A DNA stretch of 64,000 bases from an uncultured Acidimicrobiales bacterium. Its GTDB lineage: Bacteria > Actinomycetota > Acidimicrobiia > Acidimicrobiales > VFJN01. The position numbers were made by a program, and so were the translations under genes. How positions within the stretch are numbered: the first letter of the stretch is position 1; each line of letters begins with the position of its first letter. This document shows positions 29,301-36,715 of this stretch, piece after piece. The DNA lies in the NCBI GenBank assembly GCA_963796415.1, contig CAWCLR010000012.1, forward strand, positions 106,145 through 170,144. Reading direction: 5' to 3'. The notes under the pieces are model-generated. The model did no database searches. It saw nothing but the letters and a program-made list of their open reading frames with translations, and was not told where the DNA came from.

Positions 29301-29331
29301 TTGACTTCGAGCGCGCTCGAACCCGTACGTT
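29301..29331 (+). promoter_or_regulatory. MerR-type promoter: TTGACT-19 bp-TACGTT with perfect 16-bp palindrome TTCGAGCGCGCTCGAA (29306-29321) in the spacer
   Basis: Read directly. The 19-bp spacer plus the dyad between -35 and -10 is the MerR-family hallmark. It is nearly identical to 62714-62744. Confidence 0.5.
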
Positions 29332-29383
29332 CGGCACGAGCCGGCGCGCCGCCGCGACCGGCGCCGATCCTGGAGGTCCCCTC

Positions 29384-30268
29384 ATGCACCTCGGCGTGCA
29401 CATCCCTCAGTTCACCGTCCCTGACGGTCCCGCCGGCATCGCCGACGAGCTGCGCCGGGCCGGCGCCGCGGCCGAAGCGGTCGGCGTGACCGAGCTGTCC
29501 GTCATGGACCACTGGTTCCAGATGGAGGCGATGTTCCCGGTCACCGACCCGATGATGGAGGGCTACAGCACCCTCGCCTTCCTCGCCGCCCACACCGAGA
29601 CTGTGCGGCTGGGCCTGCTGGTGACCGGCGTGACCTACCGGCACCCCGGCCTGCTGGCCAAGACGGTCACCACCCTGGACGTGCTGTCCGAGGGCCGGGC
29701 CATGCTCGGCATCGGCGCCGCCTGGTACGAGCGCGAGCACAAGGGCCTGGGCGTGCCGTTCCCGCCGACCGCCGAGAGGTTCGAGCGGCTGGAGGAGGCG
29801 CTCCAGATCTGCCTGCAGATGTGGGACCCCGACAACAACGGTCCCTACGAGGGCCGCCACTACCAGCTGGCCGAGACGCTGTGCGTGCCGCCGCCGCTCA
29901 GCCGGCCGCGCCCGCCGATCCTCATCGGCGGCAGCGGCGAGCGGAAGACGCTGCGTCTGGTCGCGCAGTACGCCGACGCCTGCAACCTGTTCGCGCAGAC
30001 GCCTGACGACGTGGCCCACCTGCTCGACGTGCTGCGCCGCCACGGCGAGGACGTGGGCCGGGACACGAGCGAGATCCGAGTCACGACGCTGTACTTCGGC
30101 GGCGCCCTCGGCCACGACGTCGATGCGTTCGAGGCCGAGATGGCGGACATGGCGAAGGTCGGTGTCGAGACCGTCTACGTCATGCCACCCGGCGACCGTC
30201 CCGCGGCGTGGATCGAGGAGGTGGCCGGGCCGGCCGCGGCCCGGATCGCCGACCTGCCGACCGGCTGA
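29384..30268 (+). CDS. LLM-class F420-dependent (luciferase-like) oxidoreductase
   Basis: 294 aa. MHLGVHIPQF..., VMDHWFQ, GLLVTGVTYRHPGLLAK, GIGAAWYEREH and ILIGGSGERKTLRL are typical of the LLM F420 family. GGAGG RBS. Confidence 0.9.
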   Translation: MHLGVHIPQFTVPDGPAGIADELRRAGAAAEAVGVTELSVMDHWFQMEAMFPVTDPMMEGYSTLAFLAAHTETVRLGLLVTGVTYRHPGLLAKTVTTLDVLSEGRAMLGIGAAWYEREHKGLGVPFPPTAERFERLEEALQICLQMWDPDNNGPYEGRHYQLAETLCVPPPLSRPRPPILIGGSGERKTLRLVAQYADACNLFAQTPDDVAHLLDVLRRHGEDVGRDTSEIRVTTLYFGGALGHDVDAFEAEMADMAKVGVETVYVMPPGDRPAAWIEEVAGPAAARIADLPTG

Positions 30269-30319
30269 CGCACCCGCGGCGCGGTCGGGGCCACCCTGCG
30301 GAACCGGTAGCGTCGCGCC

Positions 30320-30769
30320 GTGGATCTCGACGCCGCCATGGGCCTCGCCCTCGAGGAAGCCACCGCCGCCACCGCCCACGGCGACGTCCCCGTCGGGGCG
30401 GTGGTCCTGCGCGACGGCGAGGTGATCGCCCAGCGCCACAACGAGCGCGAGAGGACGGGCGACCCGACTGCCCACGCCGAGATCCTGGCGCTGCGCGACG
30501 CCGCGGTCGTCGTCGGCTCGTGGCGCCTGAGCGGCACCACGCTGGTCGTCACGCTCGAGCCGTGCCCGATGTGCGCCGGGGCGCTGGTGGCGGCCCGGGT
30601 CGACCAGGTGGTCTTCGGCGCGGCCGACCCGAAGGCGGGTGCCTGCGGTTCGCTCTACAACCTCTGCGTCGACCCCCGGCTGAACCACGAGGTCGAGGTC
30701 GTTCCGGGGGTCCGGGCCGAGGAGTCCGCCGCGCTGCTCACCGAGTTCTTCGGCGACCGGCGGAGCTGA
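30320..30769 (+). CDS. tadA: tRNA adenosine(34) deaminase
   Basis: CDA-fold zinc motifs HAEILAL and LEPCPMCAGA. 149 aa. GTG start. Confidence 0.9.
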   Translation: MDLDAAMGLALEEATAATAHGDVPVGAVVLRDGEVIAQRHNERERTGDPTAHAEILALRDAAVVVGSWRLSGTTLVVTLEPCPMCAGALVAARVDQVVFGAADPKAGACGSLYNLCVDPRLNHEVEVVPGVRAEESAALLTEFFGDRRS

Positions 30770-30801
30770 CCCGCCGCCCCTCAGGCCGGAGAGGCGGCGG
30801 G
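30770..30801. terminator. stem-loop CCCGCCGCC-N14-GGCGGCGGG between convergent tadA and the small ORF
   Basis: Read directly, starting immediately after the tadA stop. There is no T-tract (common in high-GC actinobacteria). Confidence 0.45.
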
Positions 30802-30808
30802 ACAGACA

Positions 30809-31084
30809 TCAGCTCGCCACCTTGTCGGGTGGCGCAGCGGAGGTCGGGGACCGGGGGACGTCACCGACCACGATCAGTTCGATCTCGCGCGGCTCGGACC
30901 GCACGCCGGCGATCAACCGGCCGCGGGCGCCGCACCAGCAGTGCCAGTCGAGGACCGGACCCTCGGGGCTGTCGTGCGCCCCCTCGATGCGGGACCAGTC
31001 GATCAGGACCCGGGTTCCGTGCACGTGGCAATCGATCGCAAACATCTCGCCGCCTCCTTCGAGCAGTCCAATCGTCCAGTCCAT
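30809..31084 (-). CDS. small conserved-looking hypothetical protein (CxH...HCWCG motif)
   Basis: 91-aa ORF with good third-position GC, divergent from the MocR regulator. A possible zinc-binding Cys/His pattern. No confident family assignment. Confidence 0.5.
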   Translation of the reverse strand: MDWTIGLLEGGGEMFAIDCHVHGTRVLIDWSRIEGAHDSPEGPVLDWHCWCGARGRLIAGVRSEPREIELIVVGDVPRSPTSAAPPDKVAS

Positions 31085-31174
31085 TTACCGACCAGATGGT
31101 GGACTCATGCGGAATTGGTCTGTACATTGTCGAGCATCGCCCGCCCGATCCATAGCCATTTTCGGAGGATTGGT

Positions 31175-32620
31175 ATGAGCCAGTCGATCGAAGCGATCCT
31201 TGGCATGTGGTCCGAGGGCCCCGGTCCGCTCCACCGCAAGCTCAGCGACGCCGTGCGCGCCGCCGCCGACGACGGCCGCCTCCCCCCGGGCGAGCGGCTC
31301 CCCTCCGAGCGCGACCTGGCCGCCCGCCTGGCGCTCAGCCGCAGCACGGTGGTCACCGCCTACGACACGCTGCGGTCCGAGGGCGTGGTCGAGAGCCGGC
31401 AGGGCAGCGGGACGCGCATCCGCCGGCGCCCGGTCGGGCACGGCCCCGCGCCCCTCGTCGTCAGCCCCATCTACCGGACGCTGATCGACGTGCGCGACGA
31501 CGTGATCTCGCTGGCCTGCGCCACGTTCCCCGCCCACCCCCAGGTTGCGCTGGCGGCGGCCGAGGTCATGCGCGAGGACGGCGACAAGCTGCTCGCCCAT
31601 CACGGCTACCTGCCGGGCGGGCTCCCCAGCCTGCGGCAGGCCCTCGCCGACCGCCTCACCATGCTCGGCACGCCGACCACGCCCGACCAGGTGCTGGTGA
31701 CCACGGGCGCGCAGCAGGCGGTCAACCTTGCCGCCCAGATGCTCGTCCGCCCCGGCGACGAGGTGGTGGTGGAGTCGCCGAGCTTCAGCGGCACGCTCGA
31801 CCTGGTCATCGCCCGGGGCGCCCGGTTCACCGTGGTCCCGGTCGACGACGACGGCGTCGACGTCCAGGGCGTGGCCCGGGCGCTCACCAACGGCCGCCCG
31901 GCGGCCATCTACCTGATGCCGACGTTCCACAACCCCACCGGCGCCCTGCTCGCCGCCAACCGCCGGCGCGACCTCGCCGAGCTGGTCGTCGAGCACGGCG
32001 TCCCCCTCATCGAGGACAACGCCCTCGAGAACGCGCCGCTCGACGACGAGCGGCTGCCGCCGATCTCGGCCTACGCCCCGCCCGACGCGCCCGTCCTCAG
32101 CGCCGGGTCGTTCAGCAAGGCCGCATGGGGAGGCCTCCGGGTCGGGTGGATGCGGGGCCCGGTGCCGCTGATCAACCGCCTGACCGAGATCAAGGCGATG
32201 AACGACCTGGGCTCGCCCCTCGTCGACCAGGCCATCGCCGCCCGCATCGTGCCCCACCTCGACGAGATGCGGGTCGACCACCGCAACATGCTCAACCGCA
32301 ACCTCGCCCTGGTCAGCGACATGCTGCACGACCTGTTGCCCGCATGGACCTGGGTGCGGCCCAAGGGCGGCCCGTCGTTGTGGATCGAGCTGCCGTACGG
32401 CAACGCATCCGCCTACACGCAGGTGGCGCTGCGCTACGGCGTCGAGGTCATCCCCGGCGACCAGATGTCGCCGACCGGCGACGACCAGCGGCGGCTGCGC
32501 CTGCCGTACACCGCCGAGCCCCCGGTGCTCACCGAGACGATCCGCCGGCTGGCAGAGGCGTGGGACGCCTACGCCCCCCGCGACGAGCCCCGCGCCGGCA
32601 CCCGCCCCGTCGTGGTGTGA
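31175..32620 (+). CDS. MocR/GabR-type regulator (GntR HTH fused to a PLP-dependent aminotransferase-fold domain)
   Basis: ATG at 31175 with GGAGGA RBS. HTH LPSERDLAARLALSRSTVVTAYDTLRSEG. Fold-type-I aminotransferase domain with SFSKAAWGGLRVGW (PLP lysine). Confidence 0.9.
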   Translation: MSQSIEAILGMWSEGPGPLHRKLSDAVRAAADDGRLPPGERLPSERDLAARLALSRSTVVTAYDTLRSEGVVESRQGSGTRIRRRPVGHGPAPLVVSPIYRTLIDVRDDVISLACATFPAHPQVALAAAEVMREDGDKLLAHHGYLPGGLPSLRQALADRLTMLGTPTTPDQVLVTTGAQQAVNLAAQMLVRPGDEVVVESPSFSGTLDLVIARGARFTVVPVDDDGVDVQGVARALTNGRPAAIYLMPTFHNPTGALLAANRRRDLAELVVEHGVPLIEDNALENAPLDDERLPPISAYAPPDAPVLSAGSFSKAAWGGLRVGWMRGPVPLINRLTEIKAMNDLGSPLVDQAIAARIVPHLDEMRVDHRNMLNRNLALVSDMLHDLLPAWTWVRPKGGPSLWIELPYGNASAYTQVALRYGVEVIPGDQMSPTGDDQRRLRLPYTAEPPVLTETIRRLAEAWDAYAPRDEPRAGTRPVVV

Positions 32621-32634
32621 CGCCGGGATCTGAC

Positions 32635-33162
32635 GTGGACATCCGCCCGGCCACCGAGCGGGACGTCGAGGCCGTCGCCGCGCTGCACGCCGACAGCTGG
32701 CGGCGGCACTACCGGGGCGCGTTCTCGGACGCCTACCTCGACGGAGACGTGTTCGCCGACCGGCGCTCGGTCTGGTCGCAGCGCCTGTCCGCTCCCGACC
32801 CGGCCCACGACACGGTCGTGGCCGTCGACGGCGAGGCGCTCGTCGGCCTCGCGCACACGATCCTCGACGACGACCCCGAATGGGGCGCCCTGCTCGACAA
32901 CCTCCACGTCGCCCACCACGTGATTGGCACGGGCATCGGCACCCGGCTCATGGCCGCGTCGGCTGCCGCCGTCCTGGCCCGCGGGCGGCGGGCGAGCCTC
33001 TACCTGTGGGTGCTCGAGGGCAACGCCGCCGCCCAGGCCTTCTACGGCGCCCGCGGCGGCCGGCTCGCCGGCCGCGAGGTCACGGAGCCGCCCGGCGCCG
33101 GGGGCACGATCGTCGGCCTGCGCTACGTCTGGCCGGACCCGTCGGTGCTGCTCGTCGAGTGA
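32635..33162 (+). CDS. GNAT family N-acetyltransferase
   Basis: VDIRPATERDVEAVAALH..., with an acetyl-CoA motif region HVIGTGIGTRLM. The alternative start GTG 32617 forms a GTGA overlap with the MocR stop. Confidence 0.8.
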   Translation: MDIRPATERDVEAVAALHADSWRRHYRGAFSDAYLDGDVFADRRSVWSQRLSAPDPAHDTVVAVDGEALVGLAHTILDDDPEWGALLDNLHVAHHVIGTGIGTRLMAASAAAVLARGRRASLYLWVLEGNAAAQAFYGARGGRLAGREVTEPPGAGGTIVGLRYVWPDPSVLLVE

Positions 33163-33298
33163 CCGGGGGGTCGGCGTGCCGGCGATCCGCAGGGGGTCTG
33201 ACCAGGGTTTCGTCGCCTGCTCGGCCGCCTCGGCGGCGGGGTCGGGCGGCCCGGATCGACTTTCGGAGCGCCGCGGGCGCTCTGGTAGCGTCGATCTC

Positions 33299-33385
33299 GG
33301 AAGGTTGCCAGAGCGGACGAATGGGGCGGCCTCGAAAGCCGTTGTGGCCTCCGGGTCACCATGGGTTCGAATCCCATACCTTCCG
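33299..33385 (+). tRNA. tRNA-Ser (anticodon CGA), type II with long variable arm
   Basis: Hand-folded. Acceptor GGAAGGT/ACCTTCC, D arm CCA-GAGCGGACGAA-TGG, anticodon stem GCGGC/GCCGT with loop CTCGAAA, long variable arm, T arm ATGGG-TTCGAAT-CCCAT, discriminator G. No encoded CCA. Confidence 0.9.
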
Positions 33386-33437
33386 CCCCTGGTCCCGGAC
33401 GGTGTCGCACCGTCCGGGATCGTTCGTTTTGAGCAGG
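33368..33437 (+). repeat. att-like direct repeat, left copy (tRNA-Ser T-loop to 3' end plus terminator)
   Basis: CGAATCCCATACCTTCCGCC...GGTCCCGGACGG...CCGTCCGGGATC.TTCG.TTTTGAGCAGG recurs at 34308-34383 with a few substitutions and small indels (hand alignment). Confidence 0.6.
33394..33418 (+). terminator. tRNA-Ser terminator hairpin (11-bp stem CCCGGACGGTG/CACCGTCCGGG, 3-nt loop) followed by a T-rich tail
   Basis: Read directly. Followed by atcgttcgtttt. Confidence 0.6.
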
Positions 33438-33530
33438 GCCTTCGGCCCACCGCCGTTCGCCGGGCGGGTCGAGTGGTCGGGGCCGTTGCTCCCAGATCGG
33501 CTTCGTGATTCGAACCGTTCGGCGTGCTAG

Positions 33531-33927
33531 GTGGGCCGATCGGTCGGCGCCGCGGCGGCCTGGCAACCTGCTGCGGTGCGACGCCCCGGACCGCGAACGA
33601 TTCTGGTCGTGGTGATCGTCCTCAGTGCGGCAGCCTGGATCGCTGGGTTCGCCGTGTACATCGGGGCTGTCGGAAACCCCGCCATCGCGCGGCATGCGCG
33701 GACTGGTGAACTCGGTCCAGCCGAGAGACGACGAATTTGAGATCTGCATCGCGAAGCCCGTCGACGCCGGCACGACATACGGCGATCGCGAGTTCGACAG
33801 CCTCGAGTGCTGGCGGGGCTTCGTCGAGGATCCCCGACCGGCCGTCGGCGACTGCGTCGTTGTGCAGTCTCAGGGGCATGTGTCCGAGCTGATAGTCGAG
33901 TCCTCGACAGGCTGCGCCGGCCGATAG
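33531..33927 (+). pseudogene. hypothetical membrane-anchored protein, apparently split by a frame break near 33690
   Basis: ORF 33531..33740 encodes a TM helix (ILVVVIVLSAAAWIAGFAVYIGAV). The overlapping ORF from ATG 33694 to 33927 has third-position GC of about 80% by my hand count and a GDCVVV...H.SE... pattern. Joining the two is an inference. Confidence 0.35.
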
Positions 33928-34004
33928 CTCAGTGACGAGAGACACCCGTATTTCACAAGGCCTAGGTCGGGCACCGGGGCGTACAAGACGAAAGGATCAT
34001 GTGA

Positions 34005-34253
34005 GTGGAACCTGGGGAGCGCGAGCCACCCGACCCGGACATGGAGTCGTGGACTGTCCGGCACTTCTCCCAAACGAACCCTGTCGGACCTGGCCGGGAC
34101 GATGTCCCAGCGCTTCTGCGACGGATCGCCGACACCGTCCAGGAGCTTGGCCCCGTCGAGGTGCAGGACATCGTGTTCCATCGGGACCTGGATGAGGATG
34201 GAGAGTGGTGTCCTCTCATGACGGTCTACTTCCACCCGCAGGACGACGATTGA
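34005..34253 (+). CDS. small acidic hypothetical protein (82 aa)
   Basis: GTG start 9 nt after AAGGA. Third-position GC about 75% by hand count, lower than neighbouring host genes. No recognisable family. Confidence 0.45.
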   Translation: MEPGEREPPDPDMESWTVRHFSQTNPVGPGRDDVPALLRRIADTVQELGPVEVQDIVFHRDLDEDGEWCPLMTVYFHPQDDD

Positions 34254-34307
34254 TCGCCGGTTGCTCCCACCATGACTCCCACGCGGTGCGATGACCAGGG
34301 GCGATAC

Positions 34308-34383
34308 CGAATCCCATACCTTCTTCCGCCCGCCAGGTCCCGGACGGTGTGCAGCCGTCCGGGATCCTTCGCTTTTGAGCAGG
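34308..34383 (+). repeat. att-like direct repeat, right copy (tRNA-Ser 3' fragment plus hairpin 34339-34363)
   Basis: See the left copy. The sequence upstream of 34308 has no similarity to the tRNA body, so this is a fragment and not a second tRNA. Confidence 0.6.
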
Positions 34384-34443
34384 TCAGTAGCAGCCGTGAG
34401 CGGACGCGCTGCCGGATGTCGCCGACGCTTCCCGGGTTCACCG

Positions 34444-34795
34444 TCATGATCGTGTCGAGGCGAGGACTGCCTCGAGGTCTGCCGGGACCGGCATTGGCGT
34501 CATCAGCCCGACCGAGGAGCGTCCGGTGTTCCCCACGGGGTATCGCCCGCTGAGCGATCCGGGTGCGGCCACGATCAGCCGTACGAGCTGGCCGACAGCC
34601 TCGTGCCGGTCGTGTTGACGGACGGCCTGGACGAGCATGCGGGCGTGCACGCCGACATGGGCGATGGCCCAGGGCTGGGAGAGGATGTGGGCCCGCTCGA
34701 AGTGGCGCCATCCTCGCGTCCGGTGTGGAGGCGGTGCGAGCGGCGGACAGCTCCGCGTTGATCGCATCCCGGACGGCGCCAGGCATGCGCCTCAC
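34444..34795 (-). pseudogene. DUF3703 domain protein, one frame break near 34712-34722
   Basis: The N-terminus VRRMPGAVRDAINAELSAARTA... (GTG 34795, GTGA overlap with the CDF stop) shifts to GWRHFERAHILSQPWAIAHVGVHARML...PVGNTGRS (ORF 34444..34767). Confidence 0.7.
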
Positions 34796-35496
34796 GGCGT
34801 CGGCTCCCTCATCTCGTCGTCACAGCATGCGAGCGTGCGCTCCGCCGTCTCCGTGGTGCCTCGGGCGGGGACGGCACAGCACGAGTCACCGCGCCAGGCT
34901 TCTCGGCCCTCGCGCACGGCGAGGGCGGCGATGACGAGCGCGGCGATCGGGTCGGCCCAGCTCCAGCCGAACAGGCTGTTGAGCGCCAGGCCCACGAGCA
35001 GCACCCCGGACAGATAGGTGCACAGCAAGGTCTGCTTCGAGTCGGCCACCGCGCTGAGGGATCCGAGCTCCGTGCCGGCCCGCCGCTGTGCCCACGACAG
35101 GCCGGGCATGATCACGAGGCTGAGCCCTGCCAGCACGAGCCCGGGGGTCGAGGGCTGCGCCTCTCCGGCGCCGAGGAGCGCGCGCAGAGCTTCGAAGGCG
35201 ACGTAGCCGGCGAGCGCGAAGAAGGACACGGCGATGATCCGCAGGGCTTTCTGCTCGCGTGCCTCGTGATTCGAGCCGGTGAACTGCCACGCCACCGCCG
35301 TCGCGGACGCGACCTCGATGGTCGAATCGAGCCCGAACCCGATCAGTGCCGCCGACGATGCCCCGATCCCCGCGGTGATGGCGACGACGGCCTCGACGAC
35401 GTTGTAGGTGATCGTCGCCGCCACGAGGTGCCTGATCCGCCGCTGCAACACGACGCGGCGACCCGGCGCGACCGGCGACAGGTCGACGGTGGTCAC
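34792..35496 (-). CDS. cation diffusion facilitator (CDF) family metal efflux protein with Cys-rich C-terminal tail
   Basis: The GTG at 35496 forms a GTGA overlap with the arsR stop. TM segments with LDSTIE and ADSKQT motifs. Tail CCAVPARGTTETAERTLACCDDE. Confidence 0.85.
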   Translation of the reverse strand: MTTVDLSPVAPGRRVVLQRRIRHLVAATITYNVVEAVVAITAGIGASSAALIGFGLDSTIEVASATAVAWQFTGSNHEAREQKALRIIAVSFFALAGYVAFEALRALLGAGEAQPSTPGLVLAGLSLVIMPGLSWAQRRAGTELGSLSAVADSKQTLLCTYLSGVLLVGLALNSLFGWSWADPIAALVIAALAVREGREAWRGDSCCAVPARGTTETAERTLACCDDEMREPTP

Positions 35497-35867
35497 GATG
35501 CGGCCTCGGCTGCGGTGGCCTCGGCGCCGTACACCGGGCACAGGCGCACGGCTTCGCCGGTCGAAGCCAGCACACGCTCGGCCGAGCGCAGGAGCCCGAC
35601 CAGCTCCGGTTCCGTCACGAAGTAGAAGGACTGGCGTCCCTCGGCCCGGAAGTCGATCAGCCGGCAATCCCGGAGGCACGCGAGGTGCTTCGAGACCGTC
35701 GACTGCGCCAGCCCGAGCTCCCGCGTCAGATCGACCACCCGGGCTTCACCGTGCGACAGCCGCTGCACGATCGCCAGGCGCACCGGATCAGCCAACGAGT
35801 GGAACAACAGCGCGGCCGGCGACAACAGCTCGCGGGTGGCCGGGCCGCAGCACAGATCAATCGCCAT
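35493..35867 (-). CDS. ArsR/SmtB family metalloregulator
   Basis: MAIDLCCGP...LFHSLADPVRLAIVQRLSHGEARVVDLTRELGLAQSTVSKHLACLRDC. N-terminal CC and ELCV-like positions. The upstream part of track ORF 35493..36071 is not used. Confidence 0.85.
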   Translation of the reverse strand: MAIDLCCGPATRELLSPAALLFHSLADPVRLAIVQRLSHGEARVVDLTRELGLAQSTVSKHLACLRDCRLIDFRAEGRQSFYFVTEPELVGLLRSAERVLASTGEAVRLCPVYGAEATAAEAAS

Positions 35868-35875
35868 ATGGCGAT
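35860..35875. promoter_or_regulatory. perfect 16-bp palindrome ATCGCCATATGGCGAT centred on the arsR start codon (candidate ArsR/SmtB operator)
   Basis: Read directly. It overlaps the ATG at 35865-35867, which also suggests a leaderless or very short-leader transcript. Confidence 0.5.
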
Positions 35876-36027
35876 GATAACGCCGCGCGGTGGTGTGTGA
35901 GGCGCTGCAGCCCGGCCCATGGGGCCGGGCTGCACCGTGTGTCACGGACGGCGCGTGGCCGTTCGGCCCAACGGGTTGGCGGCGGCGGGGGAGCGCCGCC
36001 GACGTCGTGTGGGCTCCAGCCCGGCGA

Positions 36028-36531
36028 TCAGCGGGCCATCCGACGACGTCCGCTGGCCACAAGCGCCGCACCGCCAGCGAGCAGCACGCCGCCGGCGGCC
36101 GCGAGCGGACCGCTGCTGCCGGCGCCGGTCGCCGGAAGCCCGCCGCCCGGCCGCCCCGTGGTCGCGACGGCTGCGCGCGCCGTGGTCGTCGGCCTGGCGG
36201 TCGTTACCGTCGTCGGGGCGAGAGTCGTCGTCGTCGAGGCCACGGTCGTCGTGGAGGCGACGGTCGTCGTTGTCGACGCGACGGTCGTCGTCGTCGAGGC
36301 AGTCGTCGTCGTCGGCTTCTCGGTCGTGGTCGTCGGCTTCTCGGTCGTCGTCGTCGGCTTCTCAGTCGTGGTCGGCTCGACGCTCGTCGTCGGCTTCTCG
36401 CTCGTCGTCGGATGGCCGTCGGAGGACTCGGCCACCACGCTCGGGGCTCCCGCCACGATCATCGCCGAACCCGCACACAGACTCACCAGCCCGAGAATCG
36501 TCCGGCGTCGGAAGCTGCTTGAACCCGCCAT
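36028..36531 (-). CDS. LPXTG-anchored Thr/Pro-rich repeat surface protein
   Basis: Signal peptide MAGSSSFRRRTILGLVSLCAGSAMIVAGAPSVVA, repeats EKPTTTT and ASTTTTV, then LPATG followed by a hydrophobic stretch and RRRMAR. Confidence 0.8.
   Translation of the reverse strand: MAGSSSFRRRTILGLVSLCAGSAMIVAGAPSVVAESSDGHPTTSEKPTTSVEPTTTEKPTTTTEKPTTTTEKPTTTTASTTTTVASTTTTVASTTTVASTTTTLAPTTVTTARPTTTARAAVATTGRPGGGLPATGAGSSGPLAAAGGVLLAGGAALVASGRRRMAR
36225..36410 (-). repeat. in-frame 21-bp tandem repeats (two families, about 3 copies each) encoding the Thr-rich stalk
   Basis: gtcgtcgtcgtcggcttctcg-type and gaggcgacggtcgtcgt-type units read on the plus strand. The boundaries are approximate. Confidence 0.75.
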
Positions 36532-36715
36532 GCCCTGCCCTCCCATTGCCACTGGCAAGGCGGCCTCGCCCCACCGACCGGATGGTGTCGCTCTTACCTG
36601 AAGATTCACCCCTGATCACCGGGTGAAAACTTGCGGTTTCCTGATATTTCGCTACTGAGCGCGGTGGCGCTCGCACCTAACGCGGCGCGGAGCCGAGAAT
36701 CAGACGAGGAAGGAC

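Larger units (their letters stand above)
33386..34307 (+). mobile_element. putative remnant or miniature integrated element at tRNA-Ser (no integrase)
   Basis: Bounded by the intact tRNA 3' end and a ~75-bp partial duplicate whose identity starts in the T-loop. The interior is visibly less GC-rich and carries only small ORFs. A second short direct repeat, GTTGCTCCCA, lies at ~33485 and ~34260. Confidence 0.4.

Noticed and set aside
28082-30688. 868-aa minus-strand ORF spanning the FAH, HAD, LLM and tadA region.
   Set aside because: Only its last ~110 codons carry FAH-family blocks. The rest is antisense to well-supported plus-strand genes and is compositional read-through.
33622-33945. 107-aa minus-strand ORF inside the islet (and 33870..34235, 121 aa) as the real genes.
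   Set aside because: The plus-strand frames over the same DNA show the high third-position GC expected for coding sequence (hand count), and the second has an RBS-spaced start. The minus-strand ORFs look like antisense shadows.
34300-34385. A second tRNA gene.
   Set aside because: Only the T-loop-to-3'-end segment is present. The preceding sequence cannot form acceptor, D or anticodon arms. It is treated as an att-like fragment.
36225-36410. CRISPR-like or other non-coding repeat array (also 1790..1840).
   Set aside because: The repeats are contiguous with no spacers, in frame, and encode Thr/Pro or Asp/Gly linker peptides inside ORFs. No CRISPR array or cas genes are seen anywhere in the window.
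33386-36610. Larger genomic island extending from tRNA-Ser through the metal module and the LPXTG gene, with a further att copy downstream.
   Set aside because: I could not find a third copy of the tRNA 3'-end segment by eye downstream of 34383. The arsR-CDF-DUF3703 and LPXTG genes look compositionally like the host. Only the 0.9-kb islet is bounded by repeats.
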